Shown: positions 1-13,192, numbered from the stretch's first letter. The stretch is 64,000 nucleotides of DNA from Macrostomum hystrix (GCA_950097015.1 CATNEN010000025.1:496001-560000); one strand, 5' to 3'. Notes: generated by a model not told the origin, from the sequence alone. Numbers and translations are program-made.

Positions 1-1
1 G

Positions 2-820
2 CTTAGCCTAGGCGCCAACGTCTGGTACCTGGTGCTGTTCGAATGCCGGCTGATGTCATTCGGCGGCCGCGGCTGGCTGCCCGCCGTCCAGCTGCCCGTC
101 ATGCTCACCGAGGAGCCCGACATCGCGCACGCCCTGTTCGCCCTGTCCGCCCTCACTGGCGTCCTGCCGTTGGCCTGCGTGGTGCGCAGCCTCTTCCACT
201 TGCACAACTGCAGCTGCCGCCGCTGCCGCCAGCTGGCAGGTCGCAGCGAGGCCGAAGTCTTTGTCCCGGCTTCGGCCGCGGCAGCCGTCGCCACGCATCG
301 CGCCAGTCAACGACTTCGACTGGCCGCCTGCCTAGCTGCCGCCCACTGCCTCACCCTGCCGAGCTCACTCGGCGGCGCTGGACGCCTCTTGGCCGATCGC
401 TGGCTGCTGAACCCCGGCGGACCTAGCGGCGCTTCATTGGTGGCCTTCTGGCTAGCCGAGTCGCTGTGCCTGACCCTGGCTCTGTCTCTGAAGCCGGCCA
501 TCTGCCTGCTGATGTTGCCGGACCTGCGCCAGCGGGACTCCACTGGCGAAGTGTCGGCCGGCATCGTCAAACCAGCCGCCGCTGCTTCAGTTGCCGCAGC
601 CAGAGCCGCGGCTGGCCGCAGCAGTGGCTCGAGCGCGCCGGCCCATGTGATTGTCGAATCCGGGGGAGACATCGGCGACAGTCGCGAGCTGGTCCGCAGC
701 GCTGGCGGCGGCAGCCGGCTGGCCTTTCCCTCGGCCGGATTGTCCGACAGCAGCAGCTTCGCCGAGCTGGACCTCCAGCTGGGACAGGTTGGCTCGCCAT
801 CTGACAGTCTGGCAGGCTGA
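2..820 (+). CDS. 3' part of a divergent 7TM/GPCR-like protein (5' end outside the window)
   Basis: Frame is open from base 2 to TGA at 818-820 and GC-rich. Three hydrophobic helices are spaced like TM5-7 and end in LKPAICLLMLPDLR (resembles NPxxY..L..FR), followed by a Ser/Gly tail. Confidence 0.6.
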   Translation, partial: LSLGANVWYLVLFECRLMSFGGRGWLPAVQLPVMLTEEPDIAHALFALSALTGVLPLACVVRSLFHLHNCSCRRCRQLAGRSEAEVFVPASAAAAVATHRASQRLRLAACLAAAHCLTLPSSLGGAGRLLADRWLLNPGGPSGASLVAFWLAESLCLTLALSLKPAICLLMLPDLRQRDSTGEVSAGIVKPAAAASVAAARAAAGRSSGSSAPAHVIVESGGDIGDSRELVRSAGGGSRLAFPSAGLSDSSSFAELDLQLGQVGSPSDSLAG

Positions 821-1228
821 GAGGATGCCGCATTCACAGTGTTTTACAGCTACAGTCATTATGTCTTCAAGTTTTTTGCACTTTCTTCGTAGCATACTTC
901 ACCAGGTAGTTTTTGCCCGAATTATATATAATTCTGCATCCCCGATCGCCATCTGCAGTTTTATCCTCAATTTATCATGTGATTATAGCTTTAAAACGAG
1001 TTTCATATTATTCGAATCTGTTCACTGAGATACTGCCTGGAATTTAAAATTCTATTGTATCGAAAAATCAAAAATCCATTTGCCGTATAGCCCGTCATTA
1101 TGAGCAGTGATGAGCCTGCTCAAGCTTATTATTGTGATCTCCTGAACCTCATGACATTCATGAACTGCATTTTTCGGCCTAACATCATTTTGCCATTCTT
1201 ATCTTGCCATCGAGATAATAGTACGAGT

Positions 1229-3392
1229 GAGCGGACAGAGGAGGTAGATGGGCGAGAGCGGACAGAACTAGAGACAGATGGGAGAGAGCGGACAGAGGAG
1301 AAGGATGGGAGAGAGCGGACAGAGGAGACAGATGGGAGAGAGCGGACAGAGGAGGTAGTTGGGAGAGAGCGGACAGAGGAGACAGATGGGAGAGAGCGGA
1401 CAGAGGAGACAGATGGGAGAGAGCGGACAGAGGAGACAGATGGGAGAGAGCGGACAGAGGAGACAGATGGGAGAGAGCGGACAGAGGAGACAGATGGGAG
1501 AGAGCGGACAGAAGAGACAGATGGGAGAGAGCGGACAGAGGAGACAGATGGGAGAGAGCGGACAGAGGAGACAGATGGGAGAGAGCGGACAGAGGAGACA
1601 GATGGGAGAGAGCGGACAGAGGAGACAGATGGGAGAGAGCGGACAGAGGAGACAGATGGGAGAGAGCGGACAGAGGAGACAGATGGGAGAGAGCGGACAG
1701 AGGAGGTAGATGGGCGAGAGCGGACAGAACTAGAGACAGATGGGAGAGAGCGGACAGAGGAGGTAGATGGGCGAGAGCGGACAGAACTAGAGACAGATGG
1801 GAGAGAGCGGACAGAGGAGAAGGATGGGAGAGAGCGGACAGAGGAGGTAGTTGGGAGAGAGCGGACAGAGGAGACAGATGGGAGAGAGCGGACAGAGGAG
1901 ACAGATGGGAGAGAGCGGACAGAGGAGACAGATGGGAGAGAGCGGACAGAGGAGACAGATGGGAGAGAGCGGACAGAAGAGACAGATGGGAGAGGGCGGA
2001 CAGAGGAGACAGATGGGAGAGAGCGGACAGAAGAGACAGATGGGAGAGAGCGGACAGAGGAGACAGATGGGAGAGAGCGGACAGAGGAGACAGATGGGAG
2101 AGAGCGGACAGAGGAGACAGATGGGAGAGAGCGGACAGAGGAGACAGATGGGAGAGAGCGGACAGAGGAGACAGATGGGAGAGAGCGGACAGAGGAGACA
2201 GATGGGAGAGAGCGGACAGAGGAGACAGATGGGAGAGAGCGGACAGAGGAGACAGATGGGAGAGAGCGGACAGAAGAGACAGATGGGAGAGAGCGGACAG
2301 AAGAGACAGATGGGAGAGAGCGGACAGAGGAGACAGATGGGAGAGAGCGGACAGAGGAGACAGATGGGAGAGAGCGGACAGAGAAGACAGATGGGAGAGA
2401 GCGGACAGAAGAGACAGATGGGAGAGAGCGGACAGAGGAGACAGATGGGAGAGAGCGGACAGAGGAGAAGGATGGGAGAGAGCGGACAGAAGAGACAGAT
2501 GGGAGAGAGCGGACAGAGGAGACAGATGGGAGAGAGCGGACAGAGGAGACAGATGGGAGAGAGCGGACAGAAGAGACAGATGGGAGAGAGCGGACAGAGG
2601 AGACAGATGGGAGAGAGCGGACAGAGGAGACAGATGGGAGAGAGCGGACAGAAGAGACAGATGGGAGAGAGCGGACAGAGGAGACAGATGGGAGAGAGCG
2701 GACAGAGGAGACAGATGGGAGAGAGCGGACAGAGGAGACAGATGGGAGAGAGCGGACAGAAGAGACAGATGGGAGAGAGCGGACAGAGGAGACAGATGGG
2801 AGAGAGCGGACAGAGGAGACAGATGGGAGAGAGCGGACAGAGAAGACAGATGGGAGAGAGCGGACAGAAGAGACAGATGGGAGAGAGCGGACAGAGGAGA
2901 CAGATGGGAGAGAGCGGACAGAGGAGAAGGATGGGAGAGAGCGGACAGAAGAGACAGATGGGAGAGAGCGGACAGAGGAGACAGATGGGAGAGAGCGGAC
3001 AGAGGAGACAGATGGGAGAGAGCGGACAGAAGAGACAGATGGGAGAGAGCGGACAGAAGAGACAGATGGGAGAGAGCGGACAGAGGAGACAGATGGGAGA
3101 GAGCGGACAGAAGAGACAGATGGGAGAGAGCGGACAGAGGAGACAGATGGGAGAGAGCGGACAGAGAAGACAGATGGGAGAGAGCGGACAGAAGAGACAG
3201 ATGGGAGAGAGCGGACAGAGGAGACAGATGGGAGAGAGCGGACAGAGGAGACAGATGGGAGAGAGCGGACAGAGGAGACAGATGGGAGAGAGCGGACAGA
3301 GGAGACAGATGGGAGAGAGCGGACAGAGGAGACAGATGGGAGAGAGCGGACAGAGGAGACAGATGGGAGAGAGCGGACAGAGGAGACAGATG
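1229..3392. repeat. 27-bp minisatellite (GGGAGAGAGCGGACAGAGGAGACAGAT) with 30-bp variants
   Basis: About 80 tandem units read directly; explains the 781, 786, 741 and 549 aa ORFs. Confidence 0.97.
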
Positions 3393-4782
3393 GACCGAAT
3401 GAGTTCTCATCGAAAACGGCTGCCGCAGAATGTTTTCGCATTTGAGCTATTCGATCTCGAGTGCAGGCGCTCACAGATGGCCTCCGCAACCGCAGATTAA
3501 CGGGCCATGGGATTAGCTGGACAGATGGGGGGAGATTCGGAGTTAAATTCGAAGCGGGGAGTAAAACTGCGGGCGGCGGAGTCGGTTTCCAAGAGAAATC
3601 TCAGACCTGATAAATGGGAGAACTCACGTCACGGAGAGAGCAGGAAACTATATGGCAGAGATGGCTCAAAATTTCTGTCACGTATTTTATCTATGAGATT
3701 GTGGGCGAGTCTTGAAGGGCCTATAAAATTAGACTAACAAAACGATAGAATTTTTAAGCGCTCCAGTTGAACTATTTTCTATGGTTTGATGAATTAGTTA
3801 TTGCTGAAATTAAGCAGCTGTCTATGCTATCTCAATAAAATGCTTCTCAAATGTGAATTCAGTAGGCAATGTCTTATTCAATGTCAATGAAAATCAGCTA
3901 ACAGCATGGACTTCTGAATCATAGCATCTGGGACTCGTCAGTTCGTGTTATGACTCTGGTCCCTGGCTAGGGTTGTCATTTCCAGCCCTAATATTGACGC
4001 TTGCTACGAATGCCCAGCTCGCCTCAGTAACAAAGCCATCCTGAGCATTCTTGGGCTCGAGCTACATTTGGAGCTCAATGTAAAAGGGCCGGAAAAGTGT
4101 CGCTAATACTCGTACATCACTGTGGATTGCAGGTCGGACAAGAGAGAGAGAGGAAAAGGCCCGCAGGAAACAGCAGAGAATGAATTGCTAGCTGCTGCAG
4201 CTTCGTTAGCGCAGAAAGGTTTTGTACGGCTTCAGAAATACGCGCCTCTGATGTAGAGCAAGAGAGACTGCGTGGGAGAGCCCAGAGAGAGATGGAGGTA
4301 TGGCTCACTAGCTAAGTAACAGCCAGGTAAATCACTTTAGCATACCTGGCGTAGCTAGCAAATCAGCAGCAGCAGCGAGGCAACGCGATAATAGTGCAAC
4401 TCGCAACGAACAAGGGCGCTACGCTCCTATCTGAATGCTGACTGATCTCCGATATCAAAGCATCTGCTTGAGCAGTCTCGTTTGAGTTGTTGCTCGGAAT
4501 TTCAGCATTTTTGCTGCTAGCCAGGATTAAGTGATTGAATTCTAGGATTAGCTTCTAAAGTAAATATGCGTGCAAAGAAAATTCCTAATAAGGGCGAAAC
4601 GACAACTCCAATTAGGTCTGGGACAAAATGTTTGTAAATTAACGCACTCAATTAGCAAAAACAACTGCAAAAAACCATTAACAACATCAACCTGAAAGAT
4701 TTAGTCTCTTCATCAGTGAAAGTTTACCTTTAAATATTGTCACGATATAGCACATCATTCCTCTTATGACGAAATTTTAATT

Positions 4783-7700
4783 AGTTTCAAATCTTATCTT
4801 GAATCAGTTTCAAATCTCATCTTGAACCAGTCTCAAATCTCATCTTGAACTAATCTCAAATCTCATCTTGAACTAATCTCAAATCTCACCTTGAACTAAT
4901 CTCAAATCTCACCTTGAAATAATCTCAAATCTCATCTTGAACTAATCTCAAATCTCATCTTAAATCAGTTTCAAATCTCATCTTGAACCAGTCTCAAATC
5001 TCACCTTGAATCAGTCTCAAATCTCATCTTGAACTAATCTCAAATCTCACCTTGAACTAATCTCAAATCTCATCTTGAACTAATCTCAAATCTCATCTTG
5101 AAGCAGTCTCAAATCTCATCTTGAATCAGTCTCAAATCTCACCTTGAATCAGTCTCAAATCTCACCTTGAACTAATCTCAAATCTCATCTTGAACTAATC
5201 TCAAATCTCATCTTGAACTAATCTCAAATCTCAAATCTCATCTTGAATCAGTCGCAAATCTCATCTTGAACTAATCTCAAACCTCACCTTGAACTAATCT
5301 CAAATCTCACCTTGAACTAATCTCAAACCTCATCTTGAACTAATCTAAAATCTCATCTTGAACTAATCTCAAATCTCAAATCTCATCTTGAATCAGTCGC
5401 AAATCTCATCTTGAACTAATCTCAAACCTCACCTTGAACTAATCTCAAATCTCACCTCGAACTAATCTCAAATCTCACCTTGAACTAATCTCAAACCTCA
5501 TCTTGAACTAATCTAAAATCTCATCTTGAACTAATCTCAAATCTCAAATCTCATCTTGAATCAGTCGCAAATCTCATCTTGAACTAATCTCAAACCTCAC
5601 CTTGAACTAATCTCAAATCTCACCTCGAACTAATCTCAAATCTCACCTTGAACTAATCTCAAATCTCATCTTGAACTAATCTCAAATCTCATCTTGAAGC
5701 AGTCTCAAATCTCATCTTGAATCAGTCTCAAATCTCACCTTGAATCAGTCTCAAATCTCACCTTGAACTAATCTCAAATCTCATCTTGAACTAATCTCAA
5801 ATCTCATCTTGAACTAATCTCAAATCTCAAATCTCATCTTGAATCAGTCGCAAATCTCATCTTGAACTAATCTCAAACCTCACCTTGAACTAATCTCAAA
5901 TCTCACCTTGAACTAATCTCAAACCTCATCTTGAACTAATCTAAAATCTCATCTTGAACTAATCTCAAATCTCAAATCTCATCTTGAATCAGTCGCAAAT
6001 CTCATCTTGAACTAATCTCAAACCTCACCTTGAACTAATCTCAAATCTCACCTCGAACTAATCTCAAATCTCACCTTGAACTAATCTCAAACCTCATCTT
6101 GAACTAATCTAAAATCTCATCTTGAACTAATCTCAAATCTCAAATCTCATCTTGAATCAGTCGCAAATCTCATCTTGAACTAATCTCAAACCTCACCTTG
6201 AACTAATCTCAAATCTCACCTTGAACTAATCTCAAATCTCACCTTGAACTAATCTCAAACCTCATCTTGAACTAATCTCAAATCTCACCTTGAACTAATC
6301 TCAAATCTCACCTTGAACTAATCTCAAACCTCATCTTGAACTAATCTCAAATCTCATCTTGAACTAATCTCAAATCTCACCTTGAACTAATCTCAAATCT
6401 CAAATCTCATCTTGAATCAGTCGCAAATCTCATCTTGAACTAATCTCAAATCTCACCTTGAACTAATCTCAAATCTCACCTTGAACTAATCTCAAATCTC
6501 ACCTTGAACTAATCTCAAATCTCAAATCTCATCTTGAATCAGTCTCAAATCTCACCTTGAACTAATCTCAAATCTCACCTTGAATCAGTCTCAAATCTCA
6601 CCTTGAACTAATCTCAAATCTCACCTTGAACTAATCTCAAATCTCACCTTGAACTAATCTCAAATCTCACCTTGAACTAATCTCAAATCTCAAATCTCAT
6701 CTTGAATCAGTCTCAAATCTCACCTTGAACTAATCTCAAATCTCACCTTGAATCAGTCTCAAACCTCACCTTGAACTAATCTCAAATCTCAAATCTCATC
6801 TTGAACCAGTCTCAAATCTCACCTTGAACTAATCTCAAATCTCACCTTGAACTAATCTCAAATCTCATCGTGAACTAATCTCAAATCTCATATTGAACTA
6901 ATCTCAAATCTCATCTTGAATCAGTCCCAAATCTCATCTTGAACTAATCTGAAATCTCACCTTGAACTAATCTCAAATCTCACCTTGAACTAATCTCAAA
7001 TCTCAAATCTCATCTTGAATCAGTCGCAAATCTCATCTTGAACTAATCTCAAATCTCACCTTGAACTAATCTCAAATCTCAAATCTCATCTTGAATCAGT
7101 CCCAAATCTCTTCGTGAACTAATCTCAAATCTCATCTTGAACTAATCTCAAATCTCATCTTGAACTAATCTCAAATCTCATCTTGAACTAATCTCAAATC
7201 TCAAATCTCATCTTGAATCAGTCTCAAATCTCACCTTGAACTAATCTCAAATCTCACCTTGAATCAGTCTCAAATCTCACCTTGAACTAATCTCAAACCT
7301 CACCTTGAACTAATCTCAAAGCTCATCTTGAACTAATCTCAAATCTCATCTTGAATCAGTCTCAAATCTCACCTTGAATCAGTCTCAAATCTCACCTTGA
7401 ATAAGTCTCAAATCTCACCTTGAATCAGTCTCAAATCTCATATTGAATCAGTCTCAGATCTCATCTTGAACCAGTCTCAAATCTCACCTTGAACTAATCT
7501 CAAATCTCACCTTGAACTAATCTCAAATCTCAAATCTCATCTTGAATCAGTCTCATATCTCATATTGAATCAGTCTCAAATCTCACCTCGAACTAATCTC
7601 AAATCTCAAATCTCATCTTGAATCAGTCTCAAATCTCATCTTGAACTAATCTCAAATCTCATATTGAACTAATCTCAAATCTCATCTTGAATCAGTCTCA

Positions 7701-8126
7701 AATCTTATCTTGAACTAATCTCAAATCTCACCTCGAACTAATCTCAAATCTCAAATCTCATCTTGAACTAATCTCAAATCTTATCTTGAATCAGTCTCAA
7801 ATCTCATCTTGAATCAGTCTCAAATCTCATCTTGAATCAGTCTCAAATCTCATCTTGAATCAGTCTCAAATCTCATCTTGAATCAGTCTCAAATCTCATT
7901 TTGAATCAGTCTCAAATCTCATCTTGAATCAGTCTCAAATCTTATCTTGAACTAATCTCAAATCTCACCTCGAACTAATCTCAAATCTCAAATCTCATCT
8001 TGAACTAATCTCAAATCTCATCTTGAATCAGTCTCAAATCTCATCTTGAATCAGTCTCAAATCTCATCTTGAATCAGTCTCAAATCTCACCTTGAATCAG
8101 TCTCAAATCCCATCTTGAATCAGTCT
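4783..8126. repeat. 23-bp minisatellite (TCTCATCTTGAACTAATCTCAAA) with 7-bp TCTCAAA inserts and higher-order structure
   Basis: Tandem units read directly; the GTCGC variant recurs at a 596-bp offset. Confidence 0.97.
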
Positions 8127-8574
8127 GACAGACTTAACATATGAAAATCTCTCAGCTGACAATGGTGTGTAATATTATGAATAGGATATTAGTGCTGAAT
8201 TGAAATGAAGGCGCGGGTTGGAACCCGGATGCAGGACAGCCTGTGTCCTGTCAACCAGACCCGACCAAACAAGCCATTTCCAAATTAAGGCAATACGCCG
8301 ACCGGACGAACACAATGGCCTCGAGAGCCGAATTCTGACGTCAATTATGCTTCTAGGAAATGAGATAGGGGCGGATCTTAATATCCCAATCAGCTTCCCG
8401 AACTGAGGGGAATCAGAATGGCGCCTTCATTTAGTACTAGTTTAGCTTTTGTTAATTAACTCCTTTTCTGAAGACGCTCAGATTTTCTTTAACTTGATAG
8501 CTATTTGTTATTAGTTTGAGAAATCCTAATATACAAGTGAGCCTGAGCCTTTAAGCTTGGTGACAAGCTCGGTC

Positions 8575-9485
8575 ACACTTACAAGTGAGACTCAAGCCAG
8601 TATCTCCCACTTACAGGTGAGACTCAAGCCAGTATCTCCCACTTACAGGTGAGACTCAAGCCAGTATCTCACACTTACAGGTGAGACTGAAGCCAGTATC
8701 TCCCACTTACAGGTGAGACTCAAGCCAGTATCTCCCACTTACAGGTGAGACTCAAGCCAGTATCTCACACTTACAGGTGAGACTGAAGCCAGTATCTCCC
8801 ACTTACAGGTGAGACTCAAGCCAGTATCTCCCACTTACAGGTGAGACTGAAGCCAGTATCTCCCACTTACAGGTGAGACTGAAGCCAGTATCTCCCACTT
8901 ACAGGTGAGACTCAAGCCAGCATCTCACACTTACAGGTGAGACTGAAGCCAGTATCTCACACTTACAGGTGAGACTCAAGCCAGTATCTCACACTTACAG
9001 GTGAGACTCAAGCCAGTATCTCACACTTACAGGTGAGACTCAAGCCAGTATCTCATACTTACAGGTGAGACTCAAGCCAGTATCTCACACTTAAAGGTGA
9101 GACTCAAGCCAGTATCTCATACTTACAGGTGAGACTCAAGCCAGTATCTCACACTTACAGGTGAGACTCAAGCCAGTATCTCCCACTTACAGGTGAGACT
9201 CAAGCCAGTATCTCATACTTACAGGTGAGACTCAAGCCAGTATCTCACACTTACAGGTGAGACTCAAGCCAGTATCTCATACTTACAGGTGAGACTCAAG
9301 ACAGTATCTCATACTTACAGGTGAGACTCAAGCCAGTATCTCACACTTACAGGTGAGACTCAAGCCAGTATCTCACACTTACAGGTGAGAATCAAGCCAG
9401 TATCTCACACTTACAGGTGAGAATCAAGCCAGTATCTCACACTTACAGGTGAGAATCAAGCCAGTATCTCACACTTACAGGTGAG
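8575..9485. repeat. 32-bp minisatellite (CACTTACAGGTGAGACTCAAGCCAGTATCTCC/A)
   Basis: About 28 tandem units. Confidence 0.97.
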
Positions 9486-9579
9486 GCTTGCTCCTGAGCG
9501 AACAGAATAGAGAAATAATAATAATATGACATTCAAGAGTTAATTCCTGAAAAATCAATCGCAGTCTGAGGCGATGAAC

Positions 9580-10377
9580 TAGTGAAGCGGCATAGTGAAG
9601 CGGCATAGTGAAGCGGCATAGTGAAGCGGCATAGTGAAGCGGCATAGTGAAGCGGCATAGTGAAGCGCATAGTGAAGCGGCATAGTGAAGCGGCATAGTG
9701 AAGCGGCATAGTGAAGCGCATAGTGAAGCGGCATAGTGAAGCGGCATAGTGAAGCGCATAGTGAAGCGGCATAGTGAAGCGGCATAGTGAAGCGGCATAG
9801 TGAAGCGCATAGTGAAGCGGCATAGTGAAGCGGCATAGTGAAGCGGCATAGTGAAGCGGCATAGTGAAGCGGCATAGTGAAGCGGCGTAGTGAAGCGGCA
9901 TAGTGAAGCGGCATAGTGAAGCGGCATAGTGAAGCGGCATAGTGAAGCGGCATAGTGAAGCGGCATAGTGAAGTGGCATAGTGAAGTGGCATAGTGAAGT
10001 GGCATAGTGAAGCGGCATAGTGAAGCGGCATAGTGAAGCGTCATAGTGAAGCGGAATAGTGAAGCGGAATAGTGAAGCGGCATAGTGAAGCGGCATAGTG
10101 AAGCGGCATAGTGAAGCGGCATAGTGAAGCGGCATAGTGAAGCGTCATAGTGAAGCGGAATAGTGAAGCGGAATAGTGAAGCGGCATAGTGAAGCGGCAT
10201 AGTGAAGCGGCATAGTGAAGCGGCATAGTGAAGCTGCATAGTGAAGCGTCATAGTGAAGCGGAATAGTGAAGCGGAATAGTGAAGCGGAATAGTGAAGCG
10301 GAATAGTGAAGCGGCATAGTGAAGCGGCATAGTGAAGCGGCATAGTGAAGCGGCATAGTGAAGCGGCATAGTGAAGC
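9580..10377. repeat. 13-bp minisatellite (TAGTGAAGCGGCA)
   Basis: About 60 units, with periodic 12-bp deletion variants. Confidence 0.97.
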
Positions 10378-10917
10378 TTGTGAGAATTATGAAACGCAAG
10401 ACATGGAAGTGGCTGTGCGCAGGATTAAACAGTTTTAATTAATGAGTGCAACACACACAGAGGCCTCGGCGTTTTGTCTGTGAATTGTAAATTACGTTAA
10501 GGGAGAAAGCCTTTTCTGAGGCCGGCAAATGGACAGCAATTTTCCCTTGCTCCTAGAATGAAGCTCCTGCATTGATTCATATTTTTTGCTAGCAATTATC
10601 CCGTAGCACAGGCAAAAATGTCTAATCAATTCATTACAATTAGGAATAGAAACATTGCTTCAACTGCCGGCTGAAAAGCGACCAGACAGATCAAGACAGC
10701 GATTGCTAAATAAAGGCCTTATACTTTTACAGTAGGTAAAAAATCTGCAAAAACGTATTGCTTCTTGTTGTTCATTTCTACATAAATATCTCACAGCTCT
10801 TAGATTTGATCGTGTAGGTGAATCAAAAAGCTGATAGAGAATGTCAGTTTTCAATTGAAAATTTCGATAGACAAGGGGAAATGACTGTCTTATTAGACAA
10901 CTGGCAACAAAATGAGA

Positions 10918-11061
10918 GTTCTGATAGACAACTGCATCTAAATGGCAGTTCTGATAGACAACTGGCATCTAAATGGCAGTTCTGATAGACAACTGGCATC
11001 TAAATGGCAGTTCTGATAGACAACTGGCATCTACATGGCAGTTCTGATAGATAACTGGCAT
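10918..11061. repeat. 31-bp minisatellite (GTTCTGATAGACAACTGGCATCTAAATGGCA)
   Basis: About 4.5 units, abutting the stop codon of the minus-strand ORF. Confidence 0.9.
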
Positions 11062-11667
11062 TCATGCCGCTGATTCGATACTCAGGCGCAGTGCGAGGCA
11101 GCAGACTCTCAGGGCCTGAGCCAGTTGTCGTGTCAGTAACGCCGACATCGGCAGGCCGATCTCAGAGGCTGTCGACGATGCTTCCGCGCCCTTGGATCGC
11201 CGGGCGAGCCAATCGTTGACCAGCTGGCGCGCTTGAACTCCCGGCCAGTCGCAGCAGAGCCTCCAGCCAGGGTCCTCGGCGACTTCCTCGAACATTCTGG
11301 CAAGCGGGCGAGCCACTGCGGCTTCTATATGGTCGCCAATGCTGGCGATCTCGTCCCAGCGAGCCAGGAACGCCAGCGCCGGCCGACAGTCCGACTCCGG
11401 CAGGCCAGCGATGCCGACTATTCGGCGAAGCTCCGACAGGCTGCTGAGCGTCGTCGGCGCCTCCGGGCAGGTCACGGCGCACTTAAGGCGGCTCAGCGCG
11501 CGATCGAAGGCACCGGGGCCGCCGCTGGCATGCCAGTCGCGCTCGGCCAGCTGGTGGGCGCAGAGCTGGCGGCGGATTTGACGCGCCGTCGACTGCGTCG
11601 CCGCTAGACGCTGTCGAGGTGACATAGTTGAGTTCTCCGACAACTTTGGCGGCAGATGAGCCGTCAT
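11062..11667 (-). CDS. Uncharacterised protein (single exon or last exon, about 201 aa from MTAHLPP)
   Basis: GC-rich non-repetitive ORF between two minisatellites with protein-like composition; family not recognised; a possible acceptor (TTGTGCAG) lies near 11708. Confidence 0.5.
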   Translation of the reverse strand: MTAHLPPKLSENSTMSPRQRLAATQSTARQIRRQLCAHQLAERDWHASGGPGAFDRALSRLKCAVTCPEAPTTLSSLSELRRIVGIAGLPESDCRPALAFLARWDEIASIGDHIEAAVARPLARMFEEVAEDPGWRLCCDWPGVQARQLVNDWLARRSKGAEASSTASEIGLPMSALLTRQLAQALRVCCLALRLSIESAA

Positions 11668-11708
11668 GGGAGGCGCAGGCGTCGGTGGCGGCTGCCAGGT
11701 GATCGGGC

Positions 11709-12174
11709 TGCACAATGCGAGGCTCATCTGGCTACCGCTCATGCTGAACTGATGGCGGGGGGGGATGCACAGTGCGAGGCTCATCTGGCTACCCCTCATG
11801 CTGAACTGATGGCTGGGGGGGATGCACAGTGCGAGGCTCATCTGGCTACCGTTCATGCTGAACTGATGGCTGGGGGGATGCACAGTGCGAGGCTCATCTG
11901 GCTACCCCTCATGCTGAACTGATGGCTGGGGGGGGATGCGCAGTGCGAGGCTCATCTGGCTACCCCTCATGCTGAACTGATGGCTGGGGGGGATGCACAG
12001 TGCGAGGCTCATCTGGCTACCCCTCATGCTGAACTGATGGCTGGGGGGATGCACAGTGCGAGGCTCATCTGGCTACCCCTCATGCTGAACTGATGGCTGG
12101 GGGGGGGGTGCGCAGTGCGAGGCTCATCTGGCTACCCCTCATGCTGAACTGATGGCTGGGGGGGATGCGCAGTG
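11709..12174. repeat. About 57-bp minisatellite with a variable G run
   Basis: 8 units of GCACAGTGCGAGGCTCATCTGGCTACCCCTCATGCTGAACTGATGGCTG(n)AT. Confidence 0.95.
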
Positions 12175-12198
12175 AGCACTAAAGAAACTAGCGCTAGC

Positions 12199-12612
12199 AA
12201 CCGGTGTTCAAGACCCGAACTCAAAACCGGTGTTCAAGACCCGAACTCAAAACCGGTGTTCAAGACCTGAACTCAAAACCGGTGATCAAGACCTGAACTC
12301 AAAACCGGTGTTCAAGACCTGAACTCAAAACCGGTGTTCAAGACCTGAACTCAAAACCGGTGTTCAAGACCTGAACTCAAAACCGGTGTTCAAGACCCGA
12401 ACTCACAACCGGTGTTCAAAATCCGAGCTCACAACCGGTGTTCAAGACCTGAACTCAAAACCGGTGTTCAAGACCTGAACTCAAAACCGGTGTTCAAGAC
12501 CCGAACTCACAACCGGTGTTCAAAATCCGAGCTCACAACCGGTGTTCAAGACTTGAACTCATAACAGGTGTTCAAGAAATCACAGCCGGTGTTACTCGCA
12601 AGACCCGAACTC
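12199..12612. repeat. 26-bp minisatellite (ACCGGTGTTCAAGACCTGAACTCAAA)
   Basis: About 15 units. Confidence 0.95.
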
Positions 12613-13192
12613 GCTAGCGGTTTCCGAGACCGGAAGCTGATGCAAAGAACCGCAATTCACAACTCACGATTTGGAGCCGTAAGGAGCCACAGTAGCAGAC
12701 TCGGAAAGCAATTTCTCCAGCAGCGACTTTGCTCCGACAATCAGGACAGCACTAGGCAATAAATAAACAGCCAAGGCGATGCCGCTCAGGGCGCACTCAT
12801 CCGTTGCCCCTGACAACTAGCAGCTATAGAGAAGGCACGCGAGGGCAATAAGCCGAAATTGAGTGCGGAAGTGGTCGATGCATCCTTAGCGTGGCAGCCA
12901 AGCCTCACTAAGTAACTCTTCTTCAACAGCGGAAGCGATGTGGCAAAGAATTTAATATACGGACCAAGGAAGCAGACAAGCTTGCGGTCTTATTATTTCC
13001 ATCAGATTAGACTAATCTATAGAATCAATCTCACAGCGCTGCACTATGTTGCGAGGCTTGTGTCATTTCGTGTGCTCACTGCTCAGTGGATCAGAGGCAC
13101 CCACGGTACCTGACGCACAACTTTGAGCACCTAGAGATGGTAAGTTCCTTAAAAATCTATGGCATTGGACTGCTGATTAGACTATACTTTGT

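Noticed and set aside
1100-3500. 781, 786, 741 and 549 aa ORFs (ERTEETDGR etc.)
   Set aside because: A 27/30-bp period keeps several frames open on both strands; there is no non-repetitive domain. The GTGAGC at 1227 is donor-like, but no credible acceptor was found.
8203-8432. 12-bp inverted repeat AAATGAAGGCGC / GCGCCTTCATTT as a possible MITE
   Set aside because: No target-site duplication and no second copy in the window.
9475-10399. MPLHYAASLCRFT ORFs
   Set aside because: Translation of a 13-bp repeat; the same peptide appears in all frames.
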